Shown here: positions 37,306 through 48,872 of the stretch, piece by piece
Layout: each line of letters begins with the position of its first letter
Numbering within the stretch: position 1 is the stretch's first letter
Source of the DNA: Desulfobacterales bacterium
GTDB lineage: Bacteria > Desulfobacterota > Desulfobacteria > Desulfobacterales > SG8-13
Length of the DNA: 64,000 bases
Reading direction: 5' to 3'
NCBI GenBank assembly: GCA_049687935.1
Contig: JBAVJU010000199.1
Coordinates: forward strand, 7,727-71,726
The notes under the pieces: model-generated
Seen by the model: only the letters and a program-made list of their open reading frames with translations
The model's database searches: none
What the model was told of the DNA's origin: nothing
Translations under genes and position numbers: made by a program

Positions 37306-37857
37306 TCACTTCTTCCCCAGCTTCAAGCCTTTCAGCACGGCGAATTTCGGGTTGATGATTTTTCTCTCGCAGCCGCAATCGCCCTGGTTCAGGTCGGCGC
37401 CGCACTGCGGGCAGAGGCCTTTGCACTCCGGTCGACAGAGGGTTTTCATCGGCACGGCCATCAGCACCTCCTCCTGGACGGCGTCGCGCAGGTCGATCTC
37501 CTCCCCGTGAAAAAGGATCAGGCCGATCTCCTCGGCGCCGAGCTCGATTTCTGCGTGCTGCGTCGGATCGGCCGCCTCCGGCTGCTCCCGGCTGAAGGAC
37601 AGGATAAAGTCGGCCGCAAGGGGGGTTTCGTAGTCGGCCAGGCAGCGGCTGCATAAGAGGCGAACCCGGGTCTCGAAACGACCGGTCGCCTCGAACATTT
37701 GACCGATTCGGCGGATGCGGAGATCGATGGTCAATGGCGTCAGAAAAACACATTCTCCGCCGCGGCTGATCTCGAGCAGTGACGGGAACGATTCGGCGCT
37801 TTCCTCGAATGTCAGGCCTATGTCGCCGTCGCCGATGTCATCTACGTTTACGCGCAT
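37306..37857 (-). CDS. yceD: YceD/DUF177 family protein
   Basis: It has two Cys pairs, CSRCL...CRPECKGLCPQCG, typical of DUF177. Confidence 0.8.
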   Translation of the reverse strand: MRVNVDDIGDGDIGLTFEESAESFPSLLEISRGGECVFLTPLTIDLRIRRIGQMFEATGRFETRVRLLCSRCLADYETPLAADFILSFSREQPEAADPTQHAEIELGAEEIGLILFHGEEIDLRDAVQEEVLMAVPMKTLCRPECKGLCPQCGADLNQGDCGCERKIINPKFAVLKGLKLGKK

Positions 37858-37981
37858 CTCAACCTCCTGCCGGGCCGGTTTTTAATTTAATTGCGATCAC
37901 CTTAAAATTATTATAATTGTAATTTTTACGGAACGTCTTGGCAACCTGTTTCGATATTCTAACTTATCTTGGGGGAATACC

Positions 37982-39754
<1,773 letters not shown>

Positions 39755-39760
39755 GTATCT

Positions 39761-40615
39761 TCAGTCGAACACAATCCCCACGTATCCCACGAAACTGTCG
39801 GCGGGACTCTTGTCGTAACTCGTTGCATAGACCACGGTCTGGGCCCGGTGGGCGCCGAGACGGCCGGCCGCCGCAATGGCCGTCGCCGCCGCGCCGGCGC
39901 AGCAGGCGTTCTGATTGGCCAGGGCCTCATCGATGACTTTGACGGGATCCATCATCAGCATGGTTTCGATGATGCGGCTGTCATTGGTGCTCTTGACCCA
40001 ATCCACCGCCGAAGGGCCGCGGCCATGTGAGGTGAACCCATAATTTGTTCCATAGTGGGTCAAGTCGGTCGAACCGATCACTTTGATGCGCAACCCCAGT
40101 TCCAAGGCGATGTCGGCTGCCGCTCGGCCGACTTCAAGCGACGTGGCGGTCGGTGGTGCACCGATGGGAATGATTTTCACTTCCGGAAGCAAATACTTGA
40201 TGAATGGCAGCTGCAACTCGATGGTGTTGTCCGGGTGGTGGTGCCGGCCGGTTTCCACCTGAAAATCGAAGCGTTCCAGGAGTTTTTCTGCCAGGTCGCG
40301 GTGGATCTCAATGTCTCCGAAGGGTGTTTCCCAGGCACCATCGGCCATGATGTAAAGATCGGCGTCCGGGTGCAGGTGCATGCCGAACACCATGATCACC
40401 TCCGGTGCTGTCCCTTTTGAGAGCGTGTGGATCACGTTGCAGGCGATGCTCCCGGAATAGTACCACCCGGCATGGGGCACGATCCCCCCGATAAACTCAC
40501 TGCCGAGTAGCACAGTGTGTTCCCACTCCCCCAAAAATGTTTGAATTTCACGCTCACAGGCCTTTGACTCCGCCGGGTACCAGCTCCCGGCAAAGTCTGC
40601 TTTGCGCACGTCCAT
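39761..40615 (-). CDS. AmmeMemoRadiSam system protein B (MEMO1-like)
   Basis: RKADFAGSWYP start, GGIVPHAGWYYSG, and a size of about 280 aa. Confidence 0.8.
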   Translation of the reverse strand: MDVRKADFAGSWYPAESKACEREIQTFLGEWEHTVLLGSEFIGGIVPHAGWYYSGSIACNVIHTLSKGTAPEVIMVFGMHLHPDADLYIMADGAWETPFGDIEIHRDLAEKLLERFDFQVETGRHHHPDNTIELQLPFIKYLLPEVKIIPIGAPPTATSLEVGRAAADIALELGLRIKVIGSTDLTHYGTNYGFTSHGRGPSAVDWVKSTNDSRIIETMLMMDPVKVIDEALANQNACCAGAAATAIAAAGRLGAHRAQTVVYATSYDKSPADSFVGYVGIVFD

Positions 40616-40845
40616 CGCTTTTTCCTCCTTTTGTCTTGCCCGTGTGAGTCTTACATGAAATATGAATCACTGTAACACCTTAAATCAGTGGCGGCCGAAT
40701 GACAACCCGATACTCAAACCGGTGATCGGTCTTTGTTTTTCGGGAAAGCGTGACTATTTTAATGACGTCGATTTACGCGTAACAAAACAATAAACCGGTT
40801 TCACTGTATAAAGAGTGAGGTCAGGTATACCATTCGGAGGGAGCC

Positions 40846-41673
40846 ATGTGGGAATATACCGAAAAAGTGAAGGATCACTTTCTGAATCCACGCAATGTGG
40901 GCGTGATCGAGGACCCCGACGGGATCGGCGAGGTCGGTTCTCTTTCTTGCGGGGATGCCCTTAAACTGATGTTTAAACTCGATGCGTCCGGACGTATCGG
41001 AGACGTCAAATTTCAGACTTTCGGTTGCGCCAGCGCCATTGCTTCTTCATCGGCGTTGACCGAAATGATCAAAGGCCTGACGCTCGAAGAAGCGGCCAAG
41101 ATCACCAATGAGGATATCGCCCGGTATCTTGGTGACTTGCCCAAAGAAAAGATGCACTGCTCGGTCATGGGGCGCGATGCTCTGGAGAAAGCCATCGCTT
41201 ATTACCGCGGGGAACCGGAACAAAAGGTCGAGGGTGAAATCGTTTGCGAATGTTTCGGCGTCACCGACCGCGAGATCGAGCGGGCCGTCAGGGAAAACCA
41301 CCTGCGAACCATCGAGGATGTGACCTCGTATGTCAAGGCCGGGGGTGGCTGCGGAAACTGTCACGATCGGATTCAGGAAATCATCGATTCGATCCTCGGC
41401 ACCGAGCGGCCCGCTGCCAAAAAACCGCCGAAGTTGAGCAACATTCAAAAGATCAGGCTGATAGAGGAAACCCTGGAGCGGGAAATCAAGCCGGCCTTGC
41501 AGAAAGACGGCGGCGGCATCGAGCTCGTCGACGTGGACGGCAACACGGTGATAGTGCGCTTGTGCGGCACCTGCTCCGCGTGCAGCGCCTCACAGGTCAC
41601 ACTGAAAAACTATGTCGAAACCAAGCTTCAGGAGCTGGTGACGCCTGAACTTGTGGTAGAGGAGGTGGCCTGA
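40846..41673 (+). CDS. nifU: Fe-S cluster assembly scaffold NifU (three-domain)
   Basis: IscU-like N-terminus (GSLSCGD...FGCASAIASS...HCS), a central BFD-like CECFGVTDREIE...GGGCGNC, and C-terminal CGTCSAC. Confidence 0.92.
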   Translation: MWEYTEKVKDHFLNPRNVGVIEDPDGIGEVGSLSCGDALKLMFKLDASGRIGDVKFQTFGCASAIASSSALTEMIKGLTLEEAAKITNEDIARYLGDLPKEKMHCSVMGRDALEKAIAYYRGEPEQKVEGEIVCECFGVTDREIERAVRENHLRTIEDVTSYVKAGGGCGNCHDRIQEIIDSILGTERPAAKKPPKLSNIQKIRLIEETLEREIKPALQKDGGGIELVDVDGNTVIVRLCGTCSACSASQVTLKNYVETKLQELVTPELVVEEVA

Positions 41674-42845
41674 TGAAAACCGTATATGTCGACAACAATG
41701 CCACGAGCCGCATCGCGCCGGAAGTCCTCGACGCGATGATGCCCTATCTGACGGAACGCTACGGAAACCCGTCCAGCATGCACAGCTTCGGCGGGACGGT
41801 GGGCCTGGACATCAGGGACGCCCGGACCAAAGTGGCCGCCCTGATCGGTGCCGCACCCGATGAGATCGTTTTTACCAGCTGCGGCACCGAAAGCGACAGC
41901 ACGGCGATCTGGGCCGCCCTCAACTCGTATCCCACCAAGAAACACATCGTTACCACCCGGGTGGAACATCCAGCGGTCAAAAACCTTTGCGAAACGCTGA
42001 CCAAGAGAGGCTACCGGGTGACCTTCGTGCCCGTGGACGGCGAGGGCCGGCTGGATCTCGACCATCTGAAACGGCACCTCAGTGACGACACGGCGCTGGT
42101 CAGCGTGATGTGGGCCAACAACGAAACCGGGGTTATCTTTCCCATCCGGGAGATCGGGGAGCTGGTCAGAGATAAAGGAATCGTTTTCCATACCGATGCC
42201 GTCCAGGCCGCCGGAAAGATACCGGTGGATGTCAAGGCGGACGGTGTGGACATGCTCTCCTTGTCGGGTCACAAAATCCATGCTCCTAAAGGGGTCGGCG
42301 TCCTTTACGTTCGCAAGGGAACCAAGTTTTCCCCATTCCTCATCGGCGGTCACCAGGAACACGGTCGCCGGGGCGGCACCGAGAACGCGGCGTCGATCAT
42401 CGGTCTCGGCAAAGCCTGCGAACTGGCTCAAAAACATTATATAAAGGACATGGTACGGGTGAAACAGTTGCGGGACAAGCTGGAATCCGGGCTGCTGGAA
42501 AAAATCCCCCATGCCGTTGTCAACGGTGATCGAAAAAGCCGGCTGCCGAACACCACCAGCATTGCCTTCGAGTATGTCGAGGGCGAATCGATCCTGCTGA
42601 TGCTGAACGAGTACGGCATCTGTGCCTCGTCAGGTTCGGCCTGTACCTCCGGTTCGCTGGAACCGTCGCACGTTTTACGGGCCATGGGGGTGCCTTTCAC
42701 GGCGGCACATGGTTCCATCCGCTTCAGCCTGAGCACCTATAACACGGAGGAAGACATCGATTTTATCATTGAAAAAATGCCACCGATCATCGAACGCTTG
42801 CGGAGCATGTCACCCTATTGGAAAGAAGCTGTCGGGGCAACTTAA
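41673..42845 (+). CDS. nifS: Cysteine desulfurase NifS
   Basis: YVDNNATS, SGHKIHAPKG (PLP Lys) and SSGSACTS active-site Cys. The start overlaps the nifU stop. Confidence 0.93.
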   Translation: MKTVYVDNNATSRIAPEVLDAMMPYLTERYGNPSSMHSFGGTVGLDIRDARTKVAALIGAAPDEIVFTSCGTESDSTAIWAALNSYPTKKHIVTTRVEHPAVKNLCETLTKRGYRVTFVPVDGEGRLDLDHLKRHLSDDTALVSVMWANNETGVIFPIREIGELVRDKGIVFHTDAVQAAGKIPVDVKADGVDMLSLSGHKIHAPKGVGVLYVRKGTKFSPFLIGGHQEHGRRGGTENAASIIGLGKACELAQKHYIKDMVRVKQLRDKLESGLLEKIPHAVVNGDRKSRLPNTTSIAFEYVEGESILLMLNEYGICASSGSACTSGSLEPSHVLRAMGVPFTAAHGSIRFSLSTYNTEEDIDFIIEKMPPIIERLRSMSPYWKEAVGAT

Positions 42846-42870
42846 CAGGCAGCGACATATGGTTTTTTAA

Positions 42871-42908
42871 AGGCGTTTTGGTCACTTACGGGCAAGACGC
42901 CTTTTTTG
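42871..42908 (+). terminator. Rho-independent terminator after nifS
   Basis: AGGCGTTTTG...CAAGACGCCT stem followed by TTTTTT. Confidence 0.55.
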
Positions 42909-43048
42909 TTTTCTGGCCGAATTAAGCGAAACAGGCCAGTTTTGCTCACAAAATGCACCCACCTTTGGGGCAAAACTTGCGAACAGTTCAACCATTATTA
43001 ATCGGGCCATCGGTGCCGAGACCTCTAATGTTAAATTGAGAAGATTTA

Positions 43049-44347
43049 TCATGGAATGGATCGCTGATGCGGGTCAAAATGAGGACTCCCCGTTACCTCA
43101 CGGAGTTTTTCCTGGAGATTAGAATCGGTGACGTGTTCGAAATTGTGGGCGTGTCGGTGAACATCCTCATGGCAGTATCCCATTACGTTACATAGATACG
43201 TTTCCCATAAGCGATGGGAGCGGATTAATCCCTTTGCTATCTGTTTACCTTTGTTTGTTAGGACCAACTTTTCTTTTTCTGCTTGAACCAATCCTCGTCT
43301 CAAGAGTCTCCATACCATCAGACGGACGGTGGACTTGGCGTTGAGCGCAAGTTGCAACTCATTGATCGAAACAGGTGCCGCGTCCAGCGTTGACAGTTCC
43401 TGATAGCGGTAGAGAAAGCCCAATATATCGTCACCTACGATGCTCAATCCTAGACGAAGCTGGTTGAGTGCCCTTCCAATCACCCCATAGCGCGGTGCAA
43501 AAAGAAATACCAAAAGAAACAACAAACCGGTGGTAAGGGCCATCATACCAGCTGTACTTGTGTCCTGAAAACCAAACCATTGCGGAACGGTAATGGCGCC
43601 TAAATGCCCAAAAACAGCAGAAAGAATAGCAAAGACAATACTCAACGAGAGCATATTGTACAAACGGTCAGTAATCAAGTGTGCCGCTGCTCCGGGAACG
43701 ATCAGCATCGCAATAACCAGAATGCTGCCCACGCTTTCAAATGCGGCGACAGTGGTTGCCGCCACCAGGGTCATAAGTGCGTAGTGCATGAGGTTGGCAT
43801 TGATACCCATAGTAGTCGCCAGGTTCGGATCGAAGGCGGTGATTCTAAGTTCTTTGAAAAATGCGATCACGAAAATCGAGTTAGCGATTAGCATCATCCC
43901 GCTGGTTATGGCGGCCCGGGGAATATCATGACCAAATAGCAGCACCGTGTCCAGCGGGGCAAGTTCGATAGCCCCGTAAAGAACACAACTCGGATCCAGA
44001 TCCACATGATCGGCCGCCTGACGAATGAGGATCAATCCAATAGCGAACAATGTGGTAAAAACGACTCCCATGGACGCTCCGCGATCGAGTCCGCTGAGCC
44101 GATCGATGCTCTGGATCAACGACGTGGTCGCCACCCCGATTAGAATGGCTCCCAATAGCATGGGCAGGCTGTCTCGGCTACCGGTGACTAAAAATGCGAT
44201 GGCTAACCCCGGAAGCACGGCATGGCTGATGGCGTCACCCATCATACTCATGCGTCTGAGCACAAGATAGTTTCCCAACAGTGCACAGGAGGCGGCGCTC
44301 AGGGCCCCAACCACCGCAATCCATGTATCGATAAAGGTCCATTCCAC
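43049..44347 (-). CDS. Metal ABC transporter permease fused to C-terminal DtxR-like repressor domain
   Basis: The ABC-3 permease body covers the first ~290 aa. The tail is ...RLMVWRLLRRGLVQAEKEKLVLTNKGKQIAKGLIRSHRLWETYL...EHV...FDPHQRSIP (DtxR HTH plus dimerisation-like). Confidence 0.85.
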   Translation of the reverse strand: MEWTFIDTWIAVVGALSAASCALLGNYLVLRRMSMMGDAISHAVLPGLAIAFLVTGSRDSLPMLLGAILIGVATTSLIQSIDRLSGLDRGASMGVVFTTLFAIGLILIRQAADHVDLDPSCVLYGAIELAPLDTVLLFGHDIPRAAITSGMMLIANSIFVIAFFKELRITAFDPNLATTMGINANLMHYALMTLVAATTVAAFESVGSILVIAMLIVPGAAAHLITDRLYNMLSLSIVFAILSAVFGHLGAITVPQWFGFQDTSTAGMMALTTGLLFLLVFLFAPRYGVIGRALNQLRLGLSIVGDDILGFLYRYQELSTLDAAPVSINELQLALNAKSTVRLMVWRLLRRGLVQAEKEKLVLTNKGKQIAKGLIRSHRLWETYLCNVMGYCHEDVHRHAHNFEHVTDSNLQEKLREVTGSPHFDPHQRSIP

Positions 44348-44349
44348 AG

Positions 44350-45786
44350 TCAGTGGGCTCCTTTCATATCGGTCAACCGGTGGGGACTGGGTGGCGGATC
44401 ATGCTCTCTACCTGCATCCAATAGCGTTTTCAAACTTCGGATAATGTCCGGATCCAGGACATGCTCGATGCGGTCGGCGCTTAGATCCACCATACCTGGG
44501 GCCACATCGGCATGGGTGATCAGGTAGGTTTCCCAAAGCCGGTGGCGGAGAACGATTTCGCGAGCGGCAGTCCTTCCAATTTCGGTAAGCCGAATCGTTC
44601 CATCATTGGGTTGGCGGATCAGTCCCTGACGATTCAGTCTACGCAAGGTACGCTTCAGGTCCTTCGTCGACCACGCCCGACGAAGCATGAGCGTTCCTGC
44701 CCGTGGTGCCCGCTTGTCTCCATCGGTCAAGGTCTCCCCCCATTCGTGTAAATCCCTGAGCAGATTTTCGTTCATGATTTTGCGTTGAAGTCGCAATCGA
44801 TCCAGACCCAGACGCAGCAACCCTCGGGTCGACCCGAAGACCATGCTGATTAAGAAAAAAAAGGACGCAACCAGGACGATGACGGCCCCAGCAGGCAGGT
44901 TGGCCATCAATGCAGACATGCCCGAACCAAGGAAACCGCTCAGCGCACCAAAAAGCCCCGAGAGGCCGAGCAGCATAGGCAAACGATGGGTCCAGAAGCG
45001 GGCAGACGCGGCCGGAATGATCAGCAAAGCCACAACCAATATCAATCCCACGGCCTGGAGACCGATCACCGTCACCAGGACAACAAGGGTCATCATTAGA
45101 AGATCGAGCCGTGTCACGGGCCAGCCCTGTGTTCGACCAAAATCTTCATCAAAACAGATCAGGGAGAACTCCTTGAATAGTGCGATGCAGGCAATTGCGG
45201 CCACCAAAGCCGTGACAGCAATTAAAAGAGCATCCGAGAATAACATGGATGCTGTCTTGCCATAAATAAACGACGACAGACCGGCGGCGTTGCCCGCGTC
45301 CATGCGAGTGGCCATACCCATCAAGGCGATACCCAGACCGAAATAGACACTCAAAACGATGCCTAATGCCGCATCGTCTTTCAACCGCGAGAAACGTTGA
45401 ATGACCAATACAGATGCGGTGCCAAATACTGCAAAGATTGCCGCACCAACAATGAGTGCCAGAAGCTGTTTGCCATCACCAGTTAGCAGCGTCATAACGA
45501 TAAACGCCAGGGCAATACCCGGTAATGTAGCGTGGCTGAGTGTATCGCTGAGCAGCGCGCGCTTGCGCAACACCAGGAAGGTACCGATCAGTCCCGCAGC
45601 CAGGCCGAGCAGGGTCGTTCCGACCACCACCACTCTGGTATTGTAGTCTTGAAAGGTGAACACCCGTATCAGGTCATCCAATGGCCCAATAGTGTCAACC
45701 GTCTGGGCGTTAGCCAAAGGCACTGCCAGCAGCATAAACAGCAAAATGGCTCCAAACAGACTGATCCCCTTTGCGTTTAAGTCCAT
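44350..45786 (-). CDS. Metal ABC transporter permease fused to C-terminal DtxR-like repressor domain
   Basis: ABC-3 permease body followed by ...LKRTLRRLNRQGLIRQPNDGTIRLTEIGRTAAREIVLRHRLWETYL...ADRIEHVLDPD. Confidence 0.85.
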   Translation of the reverse strand: MDLNAKGISLFGAILLFMLLAVPLANAQTVDTIGPLDDLIRVFTFQDYNTRVVVVGTTLLGLAAGLIGTFLVLRKRALLSDTLSHATLPGIALAFIVMTLLTGDGKQLLALIVGAAIFAVFGTASVLVIQRFSRLKDDAALGIVLSVYFGLGIALMGMATRMDAGNAAGLSSFIYGKTASMLFSDALLIAVTALVAAIACIALFKEFSLICFDEDFGRTQGWPVTRLDLLMMTLVVLVTVIGLQAVGLILVVALLIIPAASARFWTHRLPMLLGLSGLFGALSGFLGSGMSALMANLPAGAVIVLVASFFFLISMVFGSTRGLLRLGLDRLRLQRKIMNENLLRDLHEWGETLTDGDKRAPRAGTLMLRRAWSTKDLKRTLRRLNRQGLIRQPNDGTIRLTEIGRTAAREIVLRHRLWETYLITHADVAPGMVDLSADRIEHVLDPDIIRSLKTLLDAGREHDPPPSPHRLTDMKGAH

Positions 45787-45789
45787 GAC

Positions 45790-46617
45790 TCATCCTTGGG
45801 CGGAAGGAAAGTGAGGTCCTTTGGCCACCTCATCCAGCGCCTGGCTTAGGAGGGTGAGGCGGCCGCCATAGGTTTTCTTGAGGTTTTCTTCGTTAAAAAC
45901 CGTGTCGACAGGACCGGCGGCCACCAGGCGCATGTTTAAAAGCACCACATGATCGAAATAGGTGGGCACGGTCTGAAGGTCGTGATGGACGACCACACAA
46001 GTTTTCCCTGCAGCTTTGAGTTCCTTGAGCAGAGCGATGATAGCGCGTTCGGTGGCCACGTCAACGCCGGCAAACGGTTCATCCATAAAATAAATCTGCG
46101 CATCCTGGGCGAGTGCTCTGGCAAGAAAGACCCGTTGCTGCTGGCCGCCAGAAAGCTGGCTAATCTGACGCTTGGCGAAATTGGCCATGCCCACTTTTTC
46201 CAGAGCCTCCATGGCGGTTTGACGGTGAGATCGGCCAACCGGTCGGAACCAGCCGATGCGCCGATATAGCCCCATGGCCACCACTTCGAGAGCATTTACT
46301 GGGAAATCCCAGTCGACACTCTCACGCTGGGGGACATACCCTACCAAATGCCGCTGGGTTTCATAGGACTCGCCGTAAATGGTCACCGATCCTGACGCAC
46401 AGGGCACCAGCCCTAACACTGCCTTAATAAATGTGCTCTTGCCGGCACCGTTTGGGCCAACAACGGCAATCAGCCGGCCTTCGGGCAGCGTCAGATCGAT
46501 GTCCCAAAGCACAGGCTTGCGATGGTAGGCGACGGTAAGGTCGTTGACCCAAAGCGAAGCCTCCTCGGGTAGTGGCGTTGTTGGGGAGGATTGGATTGAT
46601 TGCTGGGATTGAGCCAT
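45790..46617 (-). CDS. Metal ABC transporter ATP-binding protein
   Basis: Walker A GPNGAGKST, signature LSGGQQQR and Walker B IYFMDEP. Confidence 0.9.
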   Translation of the reverse strand: MAQSQQSIQSSPTTPLPEEASLWVNDLTVAYHRKPVLWDIDLTLPEGRLIAVVGPNGAGKSTFIKAVLGLVPCASGSVTIYGESYETQRHLVGYVPQRESVDWDFPVNALEVVAMGLYRRIGWFRPVGRSHRQTAMEALEKVGMANFAKRQISQLSGGQQQRVFLARALAQDAQIYFMDEPFAGVDVATERAIIALLKELKAAGKTCVVVHHDLQTVPTYFDHVVLLNMRLVAAGPVDTVFNEENLKKTYGGRLTLLSQALDEVAKGPHFPSAQG

Positions 46618-46670
46618 ATCTACTCTTACCCTTCTTGGTTGAATCTCCGGATGCTAAAAGGTTGACGATT

Positions 46671-47663
46671 TCAATCTGTTGAAAGCTTGTCCTGCATGCC
46701 CTTGGCGGGAACCTTACCACCCAAGGCCATGGCAATAACCGTAATGTTGTGGTCGATCATACCTTCATAAGTACCTTCGTAGGTGCCGGGAGGCCCCATG
46801 GCATCGGAGAAAAGGCTACCGCCGATAATGACCCGGTGGCCCCGGGCAGCCGCCCCCTCGATGAGGGCCTTGACATTCTTGTCCGAAACGCTGGTTTCCA
46901 CAAAGACGGCGGGTATGCGACGGTTTACCAACAGGTCCACCAGTCGGTTGATATCCTTGAGTCCGGCCTCCGATTCGGTCGAAATTCCTTGAATGCCCTT
47001 CACCTCGATGCCGTAAGCCCGTCCCATGTAATTGAAGGCGTCATGGGCCGTAAGCAGGACACGTTGATTTTCAGGAATAGAATTGATCGCCGTGCGGGCA
47101 TATTCGTCCAGACGCTCAAGACGGGATAGATAGGCGTCGGCATTTTTCCGATACCCAGCAGCGCCCGCAGGGTCAAATTCGGTAAACGCGTTTGAGACCA
47201 CCTCCACGGCCTTACTCCATCCTTGGACGTCCATCCAAACATGTGGATCATGGTGGCCGGTTTGTGCATCACGCAGCAGATAGTCGTCACTTAAAAGCTC
47301 CGTGACGGCGTAGACTGGCCGTTTGAGGGATATCTTGGCCAAAATATCTGTCATTTGGCCTTCCAGTAACAAGCCCGAGTAAAAAATAATATCCGATTTG
47401 AGCAGCACGGCGACATCGCTACGGGTGGGGCTGTAAACATGCGGATCCACCCCTGAGCCGATGATATTGGTCACCTTGGCCCTATCACCAGCGACTTCGC
47501 GAACAATATCGGCCACCATTCCCACGGTGGCACCGGTACGGATGGGGTAGTCGCCATTAAAAGTCTTGGTCAAGGCCGGTGTCGCTCCCAGCAACATCGT
47601 CACGGTAGTCAGGATTATTGAACGAGTCCATACCAAATGCCACATGCGCAATAATATCGTCAT
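46671..47663 (-). CDS. Metal ABC transporter substrate-binding protein (TroA/MntC/ZnuA, cluster A-I)
   Basis: Signal peptide. DPHVYSPT...DPHVWMD...AHDAFNYM metal-ligand motifs. Confidence 0.88.
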   Translation of the reverse strand: MTILLRMWHLVWTRSIILTTVTMLLGATPALTKTFNGDYPIRTGATVGMVADIVREVAGDRAKVTNIIGSGVDPHVYSPTRSDVAVLLKSDIIFYSGLLLEGQMTDILAKISLKRPVYAVTELLSDDYLLRDAQTGHHDPHVWMDVQGWSKAVEVVSNAFTEFDPAGAAGYRKNADAYLSRLERLDEYARTAINSIPENQRVLLTAHDAFNYMGRAYGIEVKGIQGISTESEAGLKDINRLVDLLVNRRIPAVFVETSVSDKNVKALIEGAAARGHRVIIGGSLFSDAMGPPGTYEGTYEGMIDHNITVIAMALGGKVPAKGMQDKLSTD

Positions 47664-47725
47664 AATGCCCCCTTGCCATTTTTCTGGAAACTGACGAGTG
47701 ACACAAAAGAATAAGTCTAAAAAAG

Positions 47726-47741
47726 TTTAGGTCAACCTAGA
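47726..47741 (-). promoter_or_regulatory. Inverted repeat with DtxR-box-like half sites overlapping a candidate -35
   Basis: The minus strand reads TCTAGGTTGACCTAAA. TTGACC-16 nt-TATTCT could be the promoter of the ABC operon. The half-site spacing differs from the canonical 19-bp DtxR box. Confidence 0.3.
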
Positions 47742-47864
47742 AATATTTTTTGGGCAATAGAGCTTTCTGGATGCAGACGTGCAAGATCAGCATGGATTCC
47801 CCACGAATCAGAAGATTTTCGGAGTCAAATGGAATTACGGTGGATCTGGAGTTTAATCGCACGT

Positions 47865-48536
47865 TCAATCGGGTAAAACGTATATGTGCTCGGCGGCCTT
47901 AAGGCCGATTACCGTGCCATGAGAACCTCGATCGGTGATTATTTGCAAACTTATGGTCTCATCGACAGGGGACTGAGAAACGACTTTACCAATACTGTCG
48001 ATGCCAAGACCCAAAGTATCAAGGTAAGTGAGTATGCCATCCATACCAGGATCAACGCGCACGATGCGAAATTTTTCTCCAGGGTTTAGAAAGGTTAACT
48101 TTTCGCCTATTGGTGAACTCATCACACCCGATCCGTCGGGTATCGGTTCGCCGTGGGGGTCCCGTTTAGGATGACTCAAAAGGGCGTCCATAGCATGGAC
48201 CACGCGCTCCGATAAGTGATGTTCAAGCGTTTCTGCTTCCTCGTGGACTGAGTCCCAGTCCAGCTTTAGAATACGATAAAGGAACGTTTCCAACAGACGG
48301 TGCCTGCGGATAACAGCCATTGCTTTCAATCGGCCCTGCCGGGTAAGGGTTGCGCCGTGATGCTGTCGGTAATCTATCAAAGGCGGTGACATGCCGGCCA
48401 TGCGTTTAAGCATCTCGGATACCGAACCGGAGGAAATACCTAGGTTTTCTGCCAGTGCTCCTGTTTTGGCAATGCTTTCCTTCTCCTGGAGAGCATATAT
48501 CGTTTTCAAATAATCTTCGACTGAGGTTGAAGGCAT
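47865..48536 (-). CDS. DtxR/MntR-family metal-dependent transcriptional regulator with C-terminal SH3/FeoA-like domain
   Basis: VEDYLKTIYAL...RRHRLLETFL...EHHLS...DPHGEPIP. I prefer the start at the ATG at 48536. Confidence 0.88.
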   Translation of the reverse strand: MPSTSVEDYLKTIYALQEKESIAKTGALAENLGISSGSVSEMLKRMAGMSPPLIDYRQHHGATLTRQGRLKAMAVIRRHRLLETFLYRILKLDWDSVHEEAETLEHHLSERVVHAMDALLSHPKRDPHGEPIPDGSGVMSSPIGEKLTFLNPGEKFRIVRVDPGMDGILTYLDTLGLGIDSIGKVVSQSPVDETISLQIITDRGSHGTVIGLKAAEHIYVLPD

Positions 48537-48872
48537 TGAGTCACAATCCTGATGGGATCCTATCCAGACAATTATGTTCTTACTATACCACAATAACGTA
48601 CGATTTCGAAACTTGGCATTACTTGCCAAAAGCCGGAAATTAAGGCCGTAAAATGAGACATCAACATATTGTGGTCGACGAGATTGTTGGAAAATTGTGA
48701 TTACAACACGATTTTTGGATTGGTGCTGCTACTATTGTGGATGAATTTTGATTTTTTTCGATTTGAAACAAGGCAGGCACCGTCGGTTGCTGAAAGCCAA
48801 TGAGCTTGTGGCCCAACGAGGCCCCTATGTGGCCCCCTTCGCTGTAAACCCTTGCCAGCCGTGGGGGCACTT

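Noticed and set aside
48661-48760. Three copies of ATTGTG(G/A) upstream of the DtxR/MntR gene, considered as a possible regulator binding array.
   Set aside because: The motif is a 6-7-mer with irregular spacing (about 31 and 37 bp). This is easily explained by chance in an AT-rich spacer.
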